From positions 620,001-684,000 of the forward strand of contig NW_027191409.1 in assembly GCF_041146345.1 (NCBI RefSeq): a DNA stretch of 64,000 bases. The letters are read 5' to 3'. The DNA comes from Neodothiora populina (taxonomy: Eukaryota). Positions 50,206 through 63,720 of this stretch are shown piece after piece (position 1 is the stretch's first letter; each line of letters starts with the position of its first letter). The position numbers and the translations under genes are program-made. Below the pieces are notes generated by a model. That model searched no databases. It saw only the letters and a program-made list of their open reading frames with translations, and had not been told where the DNA came from.

Positions 50206-51353
50206 GATGACGGTCGTTGTGGTTATCGAATTCCTGGTAGTGAGGTAAATAAAGAATGAAGCGTTGAGATTATCTGTATGCGACGCTGAAATTGTCAAAT
50301 GTCAGTCGACAGGATGTATGCGACACTGGTTTCCAATGGGCAGGGTGTGTGACGAGCAATGATATAATCAATATCAAAAGAAGCAATGTCGAGGCGGCTT
50401 ATTGTTAATTATAATGGGGACCGGGGAGGAAAATGTCGATGGACCGGAAACTACAGGAAGTGGGTTCAAGTGGAAATGAAATGGGCAAGTACGAGTGCGG
50501 ATAAGATGGACGATACTAGGTAAAATTGTACTGACCTTAAACGATAAAAAGTATCTGTGTATCTTGACTTACGTCGTTGTCTACTGTGAACCCGCTGCCA
50601 TCCAACAGTCTTTAGATGTTCTCGCCCTTTATTGACCCTTATGCTCACGAGACGCTTTGAGCACTTCCGCTCCAGCCGTGACGTTGGGCCAAATGGTGTT
50701 GACGTCACGGCCCGCCCACCTTCACGTGTCCGAATCTGGCGATCGCCAAGAGGCGCGGAATGGGAATTGTCGGGTGCATACCTATTTTGCTGCGTCTCAT
50801 CTTCGATCTATGGGATACCTTGCTTGTATGCTGATATCCAGAGCAAGGGGGCCAGGGGATGAGAGCTGTATAAGAGCTCTGTGAGGCCGTTCCGCAACAT
50901 ATCGACATTCCATCTTCCTACTTCTGCCTGTATGGAGTAAAGTCCCCACTTCAGAAGAGCCAAGGTATTCTGGGTGGACAGGTATCCACACGAAAATAGG
51001 CCTTTCACAGTACGAAGGTACCGGTACGTACTTGTGTGATACTGTGGGGTAAGGGGAGTAAGGGCATTTTAGGGTGAAAGTACGTAAAGGTAAAGATGCA
51101 CTTGATCTAGGTTTGTAGGGCGACAAATTCTCTCACATCAGAGCCAAGCAAGCGTCATGAGGCTTGAGACAAACCACCGTGACCAGTACCGAGAGTTGTT
51201 TCTCCCCAGCCATCTGCTGACTTGCCGATAGCAGACATCATCACTGGCACCATCTTCTCCAGTCTTCCACCTTTCTTCGCAGCAAGGCTGACATTGCGCA
51301 TAAGCTGACCGACTTACTGGTCTGAATATGTGATTACGGCACCTACAGAAGCA

Positions 51354-52606
51354 ATGCGCTTCACGTCATTAATCTACTTCGTCTGCAGCGCGATTCAGGT
51401 CGTGTCATCATCGCAGATCCCTCTCGTGAAACAGCATGTGCCCACGAGCAGAGCCGTCTCTCCACATCTATTTAGTGAGCTCGAAGAACTAGCTCGTGTG
51501 GTTGACATTACCTACTGTGTCGGGCTTGGCAATACCGGCATCTCTAAGCCGTTCACATGCCTTGGACGCTGCTCTGATTTTCCTGATTTCGAGCTTGTCA
51601 AAGTGAACCACTCACACGTCTGACATAAACCAAGTACAAGAAGGCTAACGAATGTTCGTAGACATGGAACACCGGCCCGCTGATGTCTGATTCTTGCGGC
51701 TATCTTGCCCTCGATCACTCTGCAGCGAACCCTCGTATTATTGTTGCTTTCAGAGGAACCTACTCCATTGCCAATGCGGTTGTAGATCTATCTACTGTAC
51801 CTCAGGAGTATGTCCCATATCCTGGAGATCCATCCTCGACCCCGGAAGGAACACCGCCATGTCACAACTGCACCGTACATGGCGGGTTTGACCAATCCTG
51901 GCGCGTAACTTCTCCCATAATCCAGCCTGAGCTCGAAACACTGTTGGCAGTCTATCCAAAGTATACCTTGCACCTCGTAGGGCATTCACTTGGTGGCGCG
52001 GTAGCTGCACTTGCAGGGCTCGACTTTCTCTCGCAAGGATGGCATCCTCTAGTGACGACCTTTGGCGAACCCAGGATCGGTAATCAAGGCTTGATGAACT
52101 ATGTCGACCATGCCTTTCAGCTGAACCAGACAATACCGACTTCGCCTGGTGATGGCTCAGCCTGGACGAGAGATTACGAGGAGAAACTCATGTTTCGACG
52201 AGTCACCCATGTGGACGATCCGGTTCCTCAACTGCCACTGACGGAGTGGGGTTTCCGCATGCACGCCGGGGAGATCTTCATCGCGAAGTCAGAACTATCT
52301 CCTGACATTCAAGATGTCCATCATTGCTTTGGTGACCAAGACCCGACTTGCATTGCAAGTCAAGATCCTAGTCTCCTTACTGGCACCGGATCTGCAGCGC
52401 GATCTGCTGGTGAAGCGACCATTCCAGCAGTTGTTAGAAAAGCGTCTTTGTGGAAGTCTATGCAAGGGGGAATTACGATTCCTGCACGGTATAAGCTCTG
52501 GCAAATGCTCTTCGCCCACAGAGATTACTTCTGGAGACTCGGTCTTTGTGTTCCACCTGGAAGCCCTTGGGGTTGGAAACAGGGAGTTGAGGAGCAACGT
52601 GAGTGA
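51354..52606 (+). CDS. Secreted class-3 lipase (alpha/beta hydrolase)
   Basis: Signal peptide, IIVAFRGTYS, VHGGF, GHSLGG nucleophile, TFGEPRIGN, RVTH.DDPVPQLP and AHRDYF. Intron 51603-51661. Confidence 0.93.
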
Positions 52607-53479
52607 AACGACTGTCGTTGGCGTGTCTTTCGGCGCAGAGGTCTCTAGCATCCCAAGTTCTGTATAATCTGTTGTTATTTTATTTGCATGATGACTTGTC
52701 TTCTGCAAACATCACAAAACGTACATTTGTTGCTTCCATCTTGTTTCGCCCTATGATACGGAAAAGCTACTAGTAGGACCATTAGTACATGTCTCTGTAT
52801 CTCGCAATATTTCAATGATCCAGAGCATACAAATGACTTAAAGGTCGAGTATGTTTCGAATAGGCACATTGTTCAGAGATGTACCAAGCAAGGTCAGGTA
52901 GTGCAGTGCTCCGTCTCCCGATGGGTCGAGCGATTCGGGAGACGGAGCACAGAGGATCAATAAGGTGAACAGGTCGGATGCCGTCATGCGGGTGGCCTCG
53001 TGTGCGTGGCCATCCTGCAGGGTGCCGTCCAAAATCCCAAGGTTGAAATCTAGGTCTACCCTGATGATCTCGAGAATGCGTAAATCCGTACAGTAATCAT
53101 ACTAAGTAGCTGCGAAAGTTGAGGAATTGCACCCTTTGTACAAGTGGAATGCGATCTTAGCACCTCGGTCACTTTTCATTTGCTGAATCTCCAGATATGG
53201 TGAATCCCGAAAAAACGTGGCTGCGATACCTTATTCATACAGGATATAACATTTAGCTCAAATGCAACACGGCGTCACTGTTACATGTTTCCGATGGTAC
53301 CTTACCTTACCTTGATGTGCACCTCATCCAAGACAAGACACATTCTACAGAACCTCTGTAGGACCACCGACTTCGCGATATCATTATATTCGCGTTCGCT
53401 ATGATAGGTGGACCCCGCGTGCGCACGGAGTCACCAGGCCTGGCCTGAATGAAAGCGGAGCGGCATACCCGTCCACTTC

Positions 53480-53524
53480 TTCCCCTATGCGCAGGATTAC
53501 TCGATACCATTCCCCTATGCGCAG
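53480..53524. repeat. Perfect 15-bp direct repeat TTCCCCTATGCGCAG x2
   Basis: Copies at 53480-53494 and 53510-53524, upstream of the ornithine aminotransferase gene. Confidence 0.9.
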
Positions 53525-53800
53525 TTGCAAGCGATTGTTCGCACCACGGCGTTGAGAAGATGCAAAATGTCGTGGTTCAACAATTATTCCCTTTTCCTTC
53601 TTCATCTCTACAGTCACAGCATATCCACGCTGCTTGCAGAACAACAACTTCTCCCACCTTGAACAGCGCTTCAGTTGTCGGTTTCTTGTTCGTCACAAAG
53701 TATATGCCCAAACATCATCTTTCTACCCCACTACCCCACCACCCTTCCCTTGTTCACCACTCTCCGCCACCCCTGTGAAGCAAAACCGTCTTAGCCCAAT

Positions 53801-55518
53801 ATGGCACCTATCGCAGTCGACAGCAACGGATCGTCCAATGGCGCATCTCTCAATGCCAAAGCCCCGACTTTCGAGCCTGTAGGAAACGTTGCCACGGATC
53901 ACTACCACGCCGCTTCTTCCGCTGCTGCTATCTCCACCGAGGCGGCTTACGCTGCTCACAACTACCACCCATTGCCTGTTGTCTTTTCGAGAGCGCAGGG
54001 ATGCGATGTGTGGGATCCTGAAGGTGAGCTACAAGTGTCTGGCGCACATTCTCTGTTTGTACCAATCACAGATTCGAGATGCGCCGCAATAAATCTATTG
54101 ATCATCAAGTCTAACTGACCCTCCCAGGCAAGCACTACCTCGATTTCCTTTCTGCCTACAGTGCAGTGAACCAGGGCCATTGTCACCCAGAGCTTGTCAA
54201 GGCCCTCTGTGATCAGGCATCTAGACTGACTCTCAGCTCGCGCGCCTTCTACAACGACGTGTTCCCGCGTTTCTCCGAGGTCGTCACCAAGATGCTGGGA
54301 TTCGACATGGTGCTGCCCATGAACACCGGCGCAGAGGCTGTCGAGACTGCAGTCAAGATTGCAAGGAAATGGGGCTACAAGGTCAAGGGCATTCCTGAGA
54401 ACAAGGCTCTCGTCTTTGCCGTACAAGAGAACTTCCACGGCAGAACGGTATGCGCCCTTTCATTTCTCTTTTATAAAGTTTTCGTGTTGTTCACCGCTGA
54501 TGTGTTACAGTTCGCCGCCATCACCATGTCGACGGATCCCGAGTCCCGAGAGAACTACGGTCCTTACCTCCCTGGTGTTGGCTCAAGCATTCCCTCCACT
54601 GGTGAGCCACTTCGCTACAACAACGCTGCAGACTTAGAGAAAGCTCTCGAGGCCCACGGAAAGGAGACTGCTGCTTTCCTCGTCGAACCCATCCAGGGTG
54701 AGGCTGGTATCGTCGTCCCCGACGAGAAATATCTCCAGGAGGTTCGCGCGCTTTGCGACAAGCACAATGTGCTGTTGATTTGCGACGAGATCCAGACAGG
54801 TATTGCACGCACAGGAAAGATGCTGTGCCACGAGTGGAGCGGTATCAAGCCTGACTTGGTCCTTCTCGGAAAGGCCATCAGTGGAGGCATGTACCCCGTC
54901 AGTGCTGTCTTGGGCAGCAGGGATGTCATGCTCACTATCGAGCCTGGCACTCACGGCAGTACTTACGGCGGCAACCCTCTCGGCTCTGCCGTTGCCATCA
55001 GAGCACTCGAGATCGTGCAGGAAGAGAACCTCGTCCAGCGCGCTCAGGTTCTCGGTGAGCTGTTCAGAAAAGGTCTCGGTGAGATCCAGGCCAGAAACTC
55101 CATGATCGAGCTTATCCGCGGCAAAGGCCTGCTGAATGCCATCATCATCGACGAGAGCAAGACCAACGGACACAGTGCATGGGATCTTTGCATGCTGATG
55201 AAGGAGAAGGGCCTTCTGGTAAGACCACCCTGTTACATCTCACATGTCAAGATATTGCACGCATCGTCAAACTTGGCAGTGCGAAGCAAATACTCAAGAA
55301 GACCAACCGCTAACATGTTTCACAACGAACAGGCCAAACCCACGCATCAGAACATCATCCGTCTTGCACCCCCACTTGTCATTTCGGAAGAACAGATTGC
55401 GACAGCGTTAAGAATCATCGGCGAGGCAATTGATGAATTGCCTAACCTCAAGGGAAAGAAGGAAGAAGAGATTCTCCCGGCCGGCGAGAAGAACATCCAC
55501 ATTGGCGTTGACAACTGA
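53801..55518 (+). CDS. CAR2: Ornithine aminotransferase
   Basis: [53 protein letters not shown] lysine in LGKAISGG and [10 protein letters not shown]. Introns at 54024-54127, 54448-54510 and 55219-55332. Confidence 0.97.
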
Positions 55519-56469
55519 TCAGGTGCTTCTTTCTTGTACAAATACCATGCATATCTAAGCGATACACTCTGCTAAAGGACGACGCCTCTTTGCTGTCTAA
55601 GGTAGGGTAATATTGGCCCAATGGACAATAACGCGGGAACGCAGCAGTGGCTGTGGCACGCATAGCTATCTAGCGTTGCCCAGCCCATGTCACTGCGAAC
55701 TATAAGTGTCGATAGCACGTCGGCAAACGTGAGGTCCTCGAACACGGCCAAGAATTGCACGCCTCAGCTGTTTCTCTACCAGTAAATACCTCTCAGCTGT
55801 GGGGTTTTTCTTCGCATTCATACATAGCAAGCAAAACAAATTGTTCCAGTTCCTGTCCAGTTCCTGTGCCATGGTGTATCAGTGCGCCCGTTGATATCCG
55901 GGTTGGTTTCGCGGGAAGTGACACGTTGTCTCTGGTATCAGCAGAGCGTTCCACATCTGGTCTTCTATCGAGCTTCTTCTGGCGCGTCTAGACATCCGTT
56001 GAGAATGATAAGCGTTGTCGCTCCTCAGCTCACATAAGTTTTCACTAGGCTAGCGTCCGCGGAAGTCACTCCTCACCACTTGGCAGCGAAGCAGTGCAAA
56101 CAACCTGAGATATACTTCTACCCCAGATCTCTTCCATTAACGCTAAGATTATGCTCTTGCAGAAGTTTAACTAAAAAGTGGACGGACCGGGGGTACGTGC
56201 GTATTGGTCGCTTTCCGTCTCGATCCCATCTATTCACAGACGGTCTCGTTCTCAAGTTCATGCCTCGCGGTATTGTACGGAAGGTGCGCAGCACAAGCAA
56301 AGGTATTGATGCTGGGAGATATCATATAGATGTGGATCCGCGTAATCCGTCGCATCAGCATCAACAGCACAGGGATGAATTCAAACAAGACTTGGATATA
56401 TTGCAATGAGGGGGAGGATTGGTTTCAGAAGATTGAGCAATCCCTTTTTGGCGGCGCCTGATGATGGTC

Positions 56470-56472
<3 letters not shown>

Positions 56473-56514
<42 letters not shown>
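56473..56514. repeat. (AG)21 microsatellite
   Basis: Perfect dinucleotide run in intergenic DNA. Confidence 0.95.
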
Positions 56515-56518
<4 letters not shown>

Positions 56519-57650
56519 CAGTGACAGAATAGCGGAAAGCACAGAGTCATGGAGGCGAATTAAGAGAGGGGAAACAGATGATCGAATCTGTGGACCGACA
56601 AACTTCCGTGTTTTAGGTTTTGCATGCAACGCATCGAACCACAGACACGTGCCAGCAAAGACGACAACGATCTGAAACCCGCGCGGCACACTTGTCAAGT
56701 GTCACTCACAAGCGAGAAATATAAAGAGCACTACTGTAAGCCCGGTAAAAAGAGCGCGCCCGTTGCGGTACACGTACAAGACGAGTACGCAGCTGGGTGG
56801 GTGGGGGGTGCGGGCTAGAGTCTCGTCTTTTCGCTGAATTATAGTGGAGATGGAAAGTTGGACGTGGTTGTTTTTAGGTAGATCAGGGGTACGCGAATAA
56901 TCGGGGAAAGAGAAAGAGGCGCTGGGCCACGCCAGTCCAGGCCGTGCCTTAGCCCGTGCCTTAGTGGCTCTTTTAACACACATGTGCTCATATGGCGAGA
57001 GCAAGCTGCGCTGCGTCGTGGTGGGTTCGGTGATACGCCTCTTTTACATTACGAGTCACTACTGTATGTCGTAGTCGTAACATTCTCTGATGTGGATTTA
57101 CCAGTGTACGGCTAGGGTGCTAACTGTGTTTCGCGTGCCAGGTTCTTTACTGGCAGATAGAACAAACCCAAAGTGTAAATCGCCCGTCAGTCCCAAGGTT
57201 TTTCCCATATTGCCTAGATTTCGCCTTTCCCAGTATCTTTCTTAGCCTGTGTCACCTGTTTGGGCGCAGCAAGAGTGCAGCTTCCCTCTTGCGTTCTCGT
57301 AATAAGTTTGCGAGATTCCCACCCCCCAGGTGTTCACATGCATCTCCTTCTTTCTCCAATCCTTTTGTGAGAACGTCGTCCACCCCCAAGCCATTCCCAA
57401 TCATCTTTGTCTTTGAAGATAAGAAAAAGAGAGACTATCGGTCCTGCTTTTTTTTTTGAATCTCGGGTAGCGAGTCAAACGAGCGATTCTGCCCTTTCGA
57501 CATCCACTTTTAAGCTCGTCAGCATCGACGATCGAATTCCGTCAACCTTTGTGGCATTATACATCTGACCTCGACACATCGTCGTTGTCACTTCAAGACT
57601 TTTCTCTTCTCGATATCTTCTTCCCGTACAACACATCGCACACCGTCGAC

Positions 57651-58241
57651 ATGTCATCCAACCAACATCCGAGTGAGAAGGTCACCTTCGGTGCCGTCGT
57701 CAACTCTGACAATGCCAACCGTGAACAACACGACAAGGCCTTGACGCCTTCGTCACAATCACCATTCTATGCTCATCCTGCCGCACAACCTTCTCTTCAA
57801 TCATTACCGGACGAGAAGGAGGTCCTCGTCAACGTATACGACACAGACCTCGAGGCCGGCTGCCAACGTACTCCAGAGCTCACACCTCAGCCATCACACG
57901 CTGCTCTCGACCTTCCCACAGCTCGTCCAGTCGCTTCGTATGCCAGCACTGCCGGCACGGGCTTCAGGAAGAACCCGGAGTGTACCGTGTGGCCCACCAA
58001 GGAAACCCTTCGTGACAAGGCCAGACAGCAAAAGGTCAAGGAGAACGAGAAGAAGTGGGGAGGTTCTCTGAGGATCAAGTGGGACGGCATGACCAAGAAG
58101 CAACGCATGATCGTCAGGGGCCTCGTCTTCTTGTTGATCGTCGCGTTGGCTGTTGGCCTCGGTGTCGGTATCTCGAAGGCCGTCCACGGAGGCGTCTATG
58201 CCGGCAAAGGAGTCTCTCACTCCATCCCAGACACCCCATAA
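57651..58241 (+). CDS. Hypothetical protein with a single C-terminal transmembrane helix
   Basis: 196-aa ORF from ATG 57651 with ECTVWP, a basic patch and LVFLLIVALAVGLGVGISKAV; coding-like codon usage. Confidence 0.8.
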   Translation: MSSNQHPSEKVTFGAVVNSDNANREQHDKALTPSSQSPFYAHPAAQPSLQSLPDEKEVLVNVYDTDLEAGCQRTPELTPQPSHAALDLPTARPVASYASTAGTGFRKNPECTVWPTKETLRDKARQQKVKENEKKWGGSLRIKWDGMTKKQRMIVRGLVFLLIVALAVGLGVGISKAVHGGVYAGKGVSHSIPDTP

Positions 58242-58660
58242 AGCGAATGCTGAGACCGAGCCTCGCATTGAAGCTGCGGCTATCGGTTATTCTCACGATT
58301 ATTCCTGTCAATATTTCCTTATCTTGGGTTGGACAACACTTGTTGCATGGAGCGGGGCGTTGCTGGGGGTTGGGCAAAAGACCATCTCGTACGGGCGTTA
58401 CATATATATCCTTTTGTTGGCCGGAATCAGGGCCTCTCGGCGTTCTGTATTTCCTTTCTTTTCTTCCTCGTTTCTCCTCTTGTTTACCTTTATACAATAG
58501 TAGGACTTCAGAAACGACAGAACCCGCTGGCCAGTTGAGCTATGCAAACCTCAATCCTGTTGACTTTCCTTGTGAATATGCACCGCGCTTGAAAGGCTGT
58601 TGTCGAACGGTCTATGGTCTTATGTACTGCACTCCACTGGGTATGTTTGGTCGGGTTCGT

Positions 58661-59464
58661 TCAGGACGGCTTCACTGCCTCGTCCATTGCCCGTCCATTG
58701 ACTCTGTCATAGACCCACTTCAGACTGAGCGTGCTAACGGTCATGACAGCCGCGCTTCCAGCAAAGAGACCAAGACGGCCAGGAGGATCCAAGACGTCGA
58801 AGATGGGATACGGATACCAGCCATTGTGTTTGAAACAAGTCTCGACCCAGAACCAATAAGCGACGGCAATGACACCGCTCAGGCCAAACGCCGGCAATGC
58901 GCCCACGGCGTACGGCGGCGAGAAGAAGAGCAGGTCCAGAACCAACACAATGGCCGGCACCGCATGGAACGCAAGATCAACATGCAGCGGCAGCACGATC
59001 GCCCAGTCCGGCATGACGAGCTTCGGATCCAGAGTCCAGAGGCCCCAGTACAAGATGGAGATCAAGACCTCGAGAGGCGCAGAGGCGACAGACAGGACAT
59101 TCTTGAGGGTGAAGAGCCGTCGGCTCAGCGTCAGGTCCGCGAGAAGTCCGACGAGGAAAGTCAGCGTGCTGAGGGACAGACCGATGATTGTGAGGTGTTG
59201 CCAGTGAGAGCCGAAGGCCTCGGATACCGGGTTCGGGTTGCTGATTAGCCAGTTGAAGGAGTATGCGAAACTAGACAGGCCGGCGACCTTGAGAAAGCAA
59301 AGTCAGTCAATCGGAGCCGAGGATCCACAAAGTGTGTGCGCTTTTCGTTTTGTTTTCGGTCTCTGTAATCATACATGGAGGAAGGCGGATAAGCCTTTTG
59401 ACGGTGAATGCAGACGCTGCTGAGGATGTCGCTCGGCGAGCCGGTTTAGTGTATCTGAAGTCAT
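58661..59464 (-). CDS. FAR-17a/AIG1/ADTRP-family integral membrane hydrolase
   Basis: RHPQQRLHSPS start and intron 59288-59374. Motifs FGSHWQHLTIIGL (catalytic Thr), DLAFHAVP (catalytic His) and NGWYPYPIF. Confidence 0.88.
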
Positions 59465-59582
59465 GGGTGTGGAGAGAAACAAGGAAAACGGACAGACAAG
59501 GATACGAAGAGAAAGACACAGAGGTAATCCTCGAGTCTTTCGAGTTGCGGTTCGATTAGAAATAGCGGCATACTTTTTACAA

Positions 59583-59600
59583 CATCATCATCATCATCAT
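59583..59600. repeat. (CAT)6 microsatellite
   Basis: Perfect trinucleotide run upstream of the AIG1-like gene. Confidence 0.8.
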
Positions 59601-60309
59601 CAATCGATCTCTGTTCTCGGATCCTCGGATGCTTATATCCGAACACGTGGGGGAGAGTGTTGGCCCCCGCGAGTTCCTGCTTTCTTTGCCGCAGTTCCGT
59701 TCATAAAGGTACCCACCTTGACACAACTGTATCCGTAACGAGGTGTCAGCCATGTCTACCCTTTACCAGTGGGCTCGAACAACAGAAAAGAGCAGCGCCA
59801 GGTCGGGCGGTGTATGTGTAGGGATACATCTTGCACGGCAAAGGTAAGGTAGTATAGTATGGTACAGTACCTCAGGTACCAGTGACTGCATGGGCAAGGC
59901 TGCGTGCAAGAAGATGGAGAAAAAGCCGCCGTTAGCCACAGAAAAAAGCTTAGATAAGGTGTCTGTCGTATGCGCATCCTATCCTTTCGTTATCACTAAT
60001 ATCGTGGAAAAGTAGAACGCACAATGGATGTTGTTTTTGACGAGCCATCCACACCTGTTCCTAAGCATATGGAATACACGGCATCGCTGACTGCCTACTC
60101 GCTGGAGACCGCTGATTGAATCATTTGCGCTAGAGAAGTTTCAAGCAGAACACTTTGTTATATACTCTAGTATTGTTGCAATTCGAGCCGAGCTGCTAAA
60201 ACCTAAGAAAGAATTATAAGAAATGTGAACGGACCGAAATAAACCTACACATCTGAATCCATCGTGGAGATTCTTGCATGGAAGAGCTGGACTTGCCGAA
60301 GTCGTAGTC

Positions 60310-62933
60310 ATGCCTAGACATAAAGATACAAATGCGCCGGAACCGAAGAGGCGATCCAGGACCGGGTGTTGGCAGTGCAAGGCGAGGAAAGTCAAGTGCG
60401 GCGAAGAGAAGCCACAGTGCACAAACTGCGTCAAGCAGGGAGAACAGAAGTGCGACTATGGACTACGTCTGCAATGGGGAGGTCGGTCGAAGAAGGACCA
60501 AGATGCGTTCGCGGCCAAATCTCAGGTAGATTTCGCTGTGAATTGGACGCCTTCGCCTTCTGCGCCATCCACACCCATGGCCACTGCATCTTCCCAATCC
60601 TCGAGGCTTTCGCGTCAACTCCCGCCAATTGGGTCCGGAGAGGTGACATTCAGTGTCCAGTCTCCACGATCCAACACTCCAGGATCGTCGTCACATGGCC
60701 AGAAGCTTACGCTCGACCCTCAGCTGAAAGGGAAGGAGCAAGCAGTAATACAGACATCGCCCGGCAAGACTGTGTCAGAGCAAAATGTGAGAACTTGGCA
60801 GGCACAGAATGAACATCTCGATTCAAACAGACAAGGTCACGTTGCAGACCCTTTGCGTGCTCCTGCTTCTCACCCTCACCAACCTAGCACATACTACCGA
60901 ACGCAATCTAGTGAGACTTATGCTCCGCCACCCGCGAGCCTGCACTCTGCGCCGTCACCGATACCTCCCACCGAAGACAACGCGTCGGAGCAACACCGGG
61001 CTAAGCGAAGCAAGACATCTCACACAGATACCGGAAACGCACTACCACCTCTGTTCATAAAGCCAGACCTGCCTGTCGCCTCGAGTAATATTGGGTCGCC
61101 GTTAGATCAAGCTACCCCTAGTTCGGCTGTCTTTTCTTCCTTCTCCCCCAGCAGCCATGTGTTTACCCCGGCCAGCCCAGACTCTTCCATCATGTCAGAA
61201 GAAAGCGATGCTCGCTCTCATCCCAGATTGATGTACAGCAACACACGGGCATCGCCGGCTGTAAGGCGACTGCCTGTAAGTTCGCTTTTATCGGGGTCTC
61301 CAGACGACGCTTCTAGCCCTGTCGCACACAATTCGAGACCTGGAAGTCGACCTCGAATAGATCATGAAGGCTCGACCATGTACGGATATGACTACGGCCG
61401 ACCAGACTTGGACATTGCGAAGAACGACGACGCCACGGGCATCATGCCATATGACTCCGGCTATGGCGGTAGTACAGCAAACTCACCTGAGGGGTATTCT
61501 GCCGCGACCTCTGCGTATCAACAGGCATCACAACGGACTACAGCATTTGAGAGCGGTGGGTACTATGAAAAACCTGTGCCAATCAGGATATCAAAGGAGC
61601 TCGAGCCTTTACCTTCGTATCTTACCGAAAGTCCTATGAATTTGCTGTACTTTCATCATTTCTTGAACCATACCGCTCGCGTTCTCACTCCTCATGACTG
61701 TCCGGACAACCCACTGAGAACGATACTTCCCAAGAGTACGACTTGTCCTTGCGCTTTAGCCAATGCTCGACTGACAGTTTCCCAGTGGCCATTAATCATC
61801 CAGATCTCCTGAACCTGCTACTAGCGTATTCAGCATCACACAGGGCGAGACTTCTTGCCCACGCCGAACCGAGAGATCGAATAGCATATTGGGTCCGGGA
61901 CGTTTTCTCAAACCTGCGCCATGCACTCGCATCCCAGGTGGTAGCTTCTGACGCCACATTAGCGACGGCCATTATGTTAGCATCTCGCGAGATCATTACA
62001 CCCAATACCTTCGAAGTAGACATTCCCTGGCAGAACCATCTGGGCATCGCTCGGCAGATGATCATCATCCGAGGGGGGCTCCAGGATATGGGTAACAATG
62101 GAAGCGTTTTCCTGAATTTCCTCGCGCGATGGTTCGCGTACTTGGACGTTATTGGGTCTCTCAGTGGGCACACCAATGACATACCATTGTCCGAAGCATA
62201 TCCCTCAATTTCCCAGGGTGCAGTCACTCATAGCGAAGAGACTGACAGTCACGGGTTTGCGATCGATTGCTTCTTCGGATTCTCCAATTGCTGCATATCA
62301 CTCCTCGCTCGCGTGGCCAAATTGGCGCACGAGAGCGACAAAGAACGCATCAACGCGGACCGACAGATCAATCCAGACTGGCGGCCGTCCGAAACAGCGA
62401 GGGTCCAAGCGCAGGCTCTGGTTGAAGAGTTGCGTGCAAGCGGAGAGCATGTCTACGCAGGATGCAGACACAGCCCGGGGGTGGAGCTCCCCACCAAAGA
62501 GCCACTCGACAAACAGGAAATAGTCAGCGTCAACGAGGCGTTCCACCTTGCCGGTATGATACATGTCTATCGAAGAGTGTTGGGAAGATCGGGCAGGGAA
62601 GAGGAAGTGCAAACATGCGTGCGCCAGATCATCAAGCTGTTGAGCAAGATACGGAGAGGTGGAAGCGCGGAGAGCTGTTTGTTGTTTCCCATGTTCACCG
62701 CCGGCTGCGACGCGATCGAGCAGGAGCAGCGCGCTGTGGTTCTTGAACGATTGAAGCTGGTGGAGGGGTTGGGCATGACACACGTGAGTTCCTTTTTCCT
62801 TTCGTTTCAGACAATCACGGCACATTGAGCTAAAGTCAATTGACAGGTAACAAATGCAAGGCTTCTGATGCAGAAGAGCTGGGAAAGTGGAAAGCCGTGG
62901 GAATTGCTCGTGTCTGGAGAGTTCTTCGGCTGA
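60310..62933 (+). CDS. Zn(II)2Cys6 transcription factor with Fungal_trans_2 domain (Acr-2-like)
   Basis: RRSRTGCWQCKARKVKCGEEKPQCTNC...C, then MNLLYFHHFLNHTAR, RWFAYLDVIGSLSG, LLFPMFTAGC, ending GEFFG*. Introns at 61736-61785 and 62784-62846. Confidence 0.9.
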
Positions 62934-63720
62934 GGTGTTTCAGTGCTGTACATACCTAGTGTTGATACTGTACATATACTGTGGTAAGGTTGTGCACACC
63001 TGGTGCAAGCGACCTACCTTTTCGCCATCTACGGTAGAGCCAGACTAGATGTGTGGAGAGATGACATAAAAGTGTCACAATCTGCTTGCTTTCGGGAGAT
63101 GGTGTTTTTTTGCATCTTTTGATCTTAGTTTGGTGCATGATTCATGAGAACGCGAATCGAATGGTCAGTCAATCTGTCAATGGTTGGGGAGATAAGGCCA
63201 GTCCAAGCGGCGGGGCCGGGATGATAATCGAAAGAGGTAAAGCAAAGTAAAAAGCGTGGGATAAGTCGAGTCTACGGCAGTCTAGTGCCAGTGCCTGTAG
63301 AAGCTGTCTCTCTTTTTCTTGTCTATCTACCCGAATGATGGATTCCCCCAAGCTCCACTCCAATTGATTATTCAGGGTAATTAACGTAACGTTTGCGCCC
63401 GCGCCATCTACATACTGCACCTTGGCCAACCAGACCAATCCACCAAGTCGATTATTATCGCTTTGCTTGTAAAGTCTGTCTTGGCCGCTGCTGTTGCTGA
63501 TGCTCGTATCAGATTGTCGTAATCTTCTTTACTTTACTTTCCTCTGACTAGGCTTTCACCATATCCATACAAGACCTTTGAAAGTCGCATAAAAGCTCAG
63601 CAGTCTAGTCTGGACATAACAGAGCAGGGATAAGACACCGGCCTTACAAGTAGAGCTCTCCACAGACACATATATATCTCTATCCTCTCTGGACTCGAAC
63701 ACACCCACCCCTCAACCATC

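Noticed and set aside
58055..59248. 397-aa + strand ORF bridging two convergent genes
   Set aside because: Made of an alternative frame of one gene, UTR and the antisense of the AIG1-like gene. It has a non-ATG start and an implausible Arg-rich composition.
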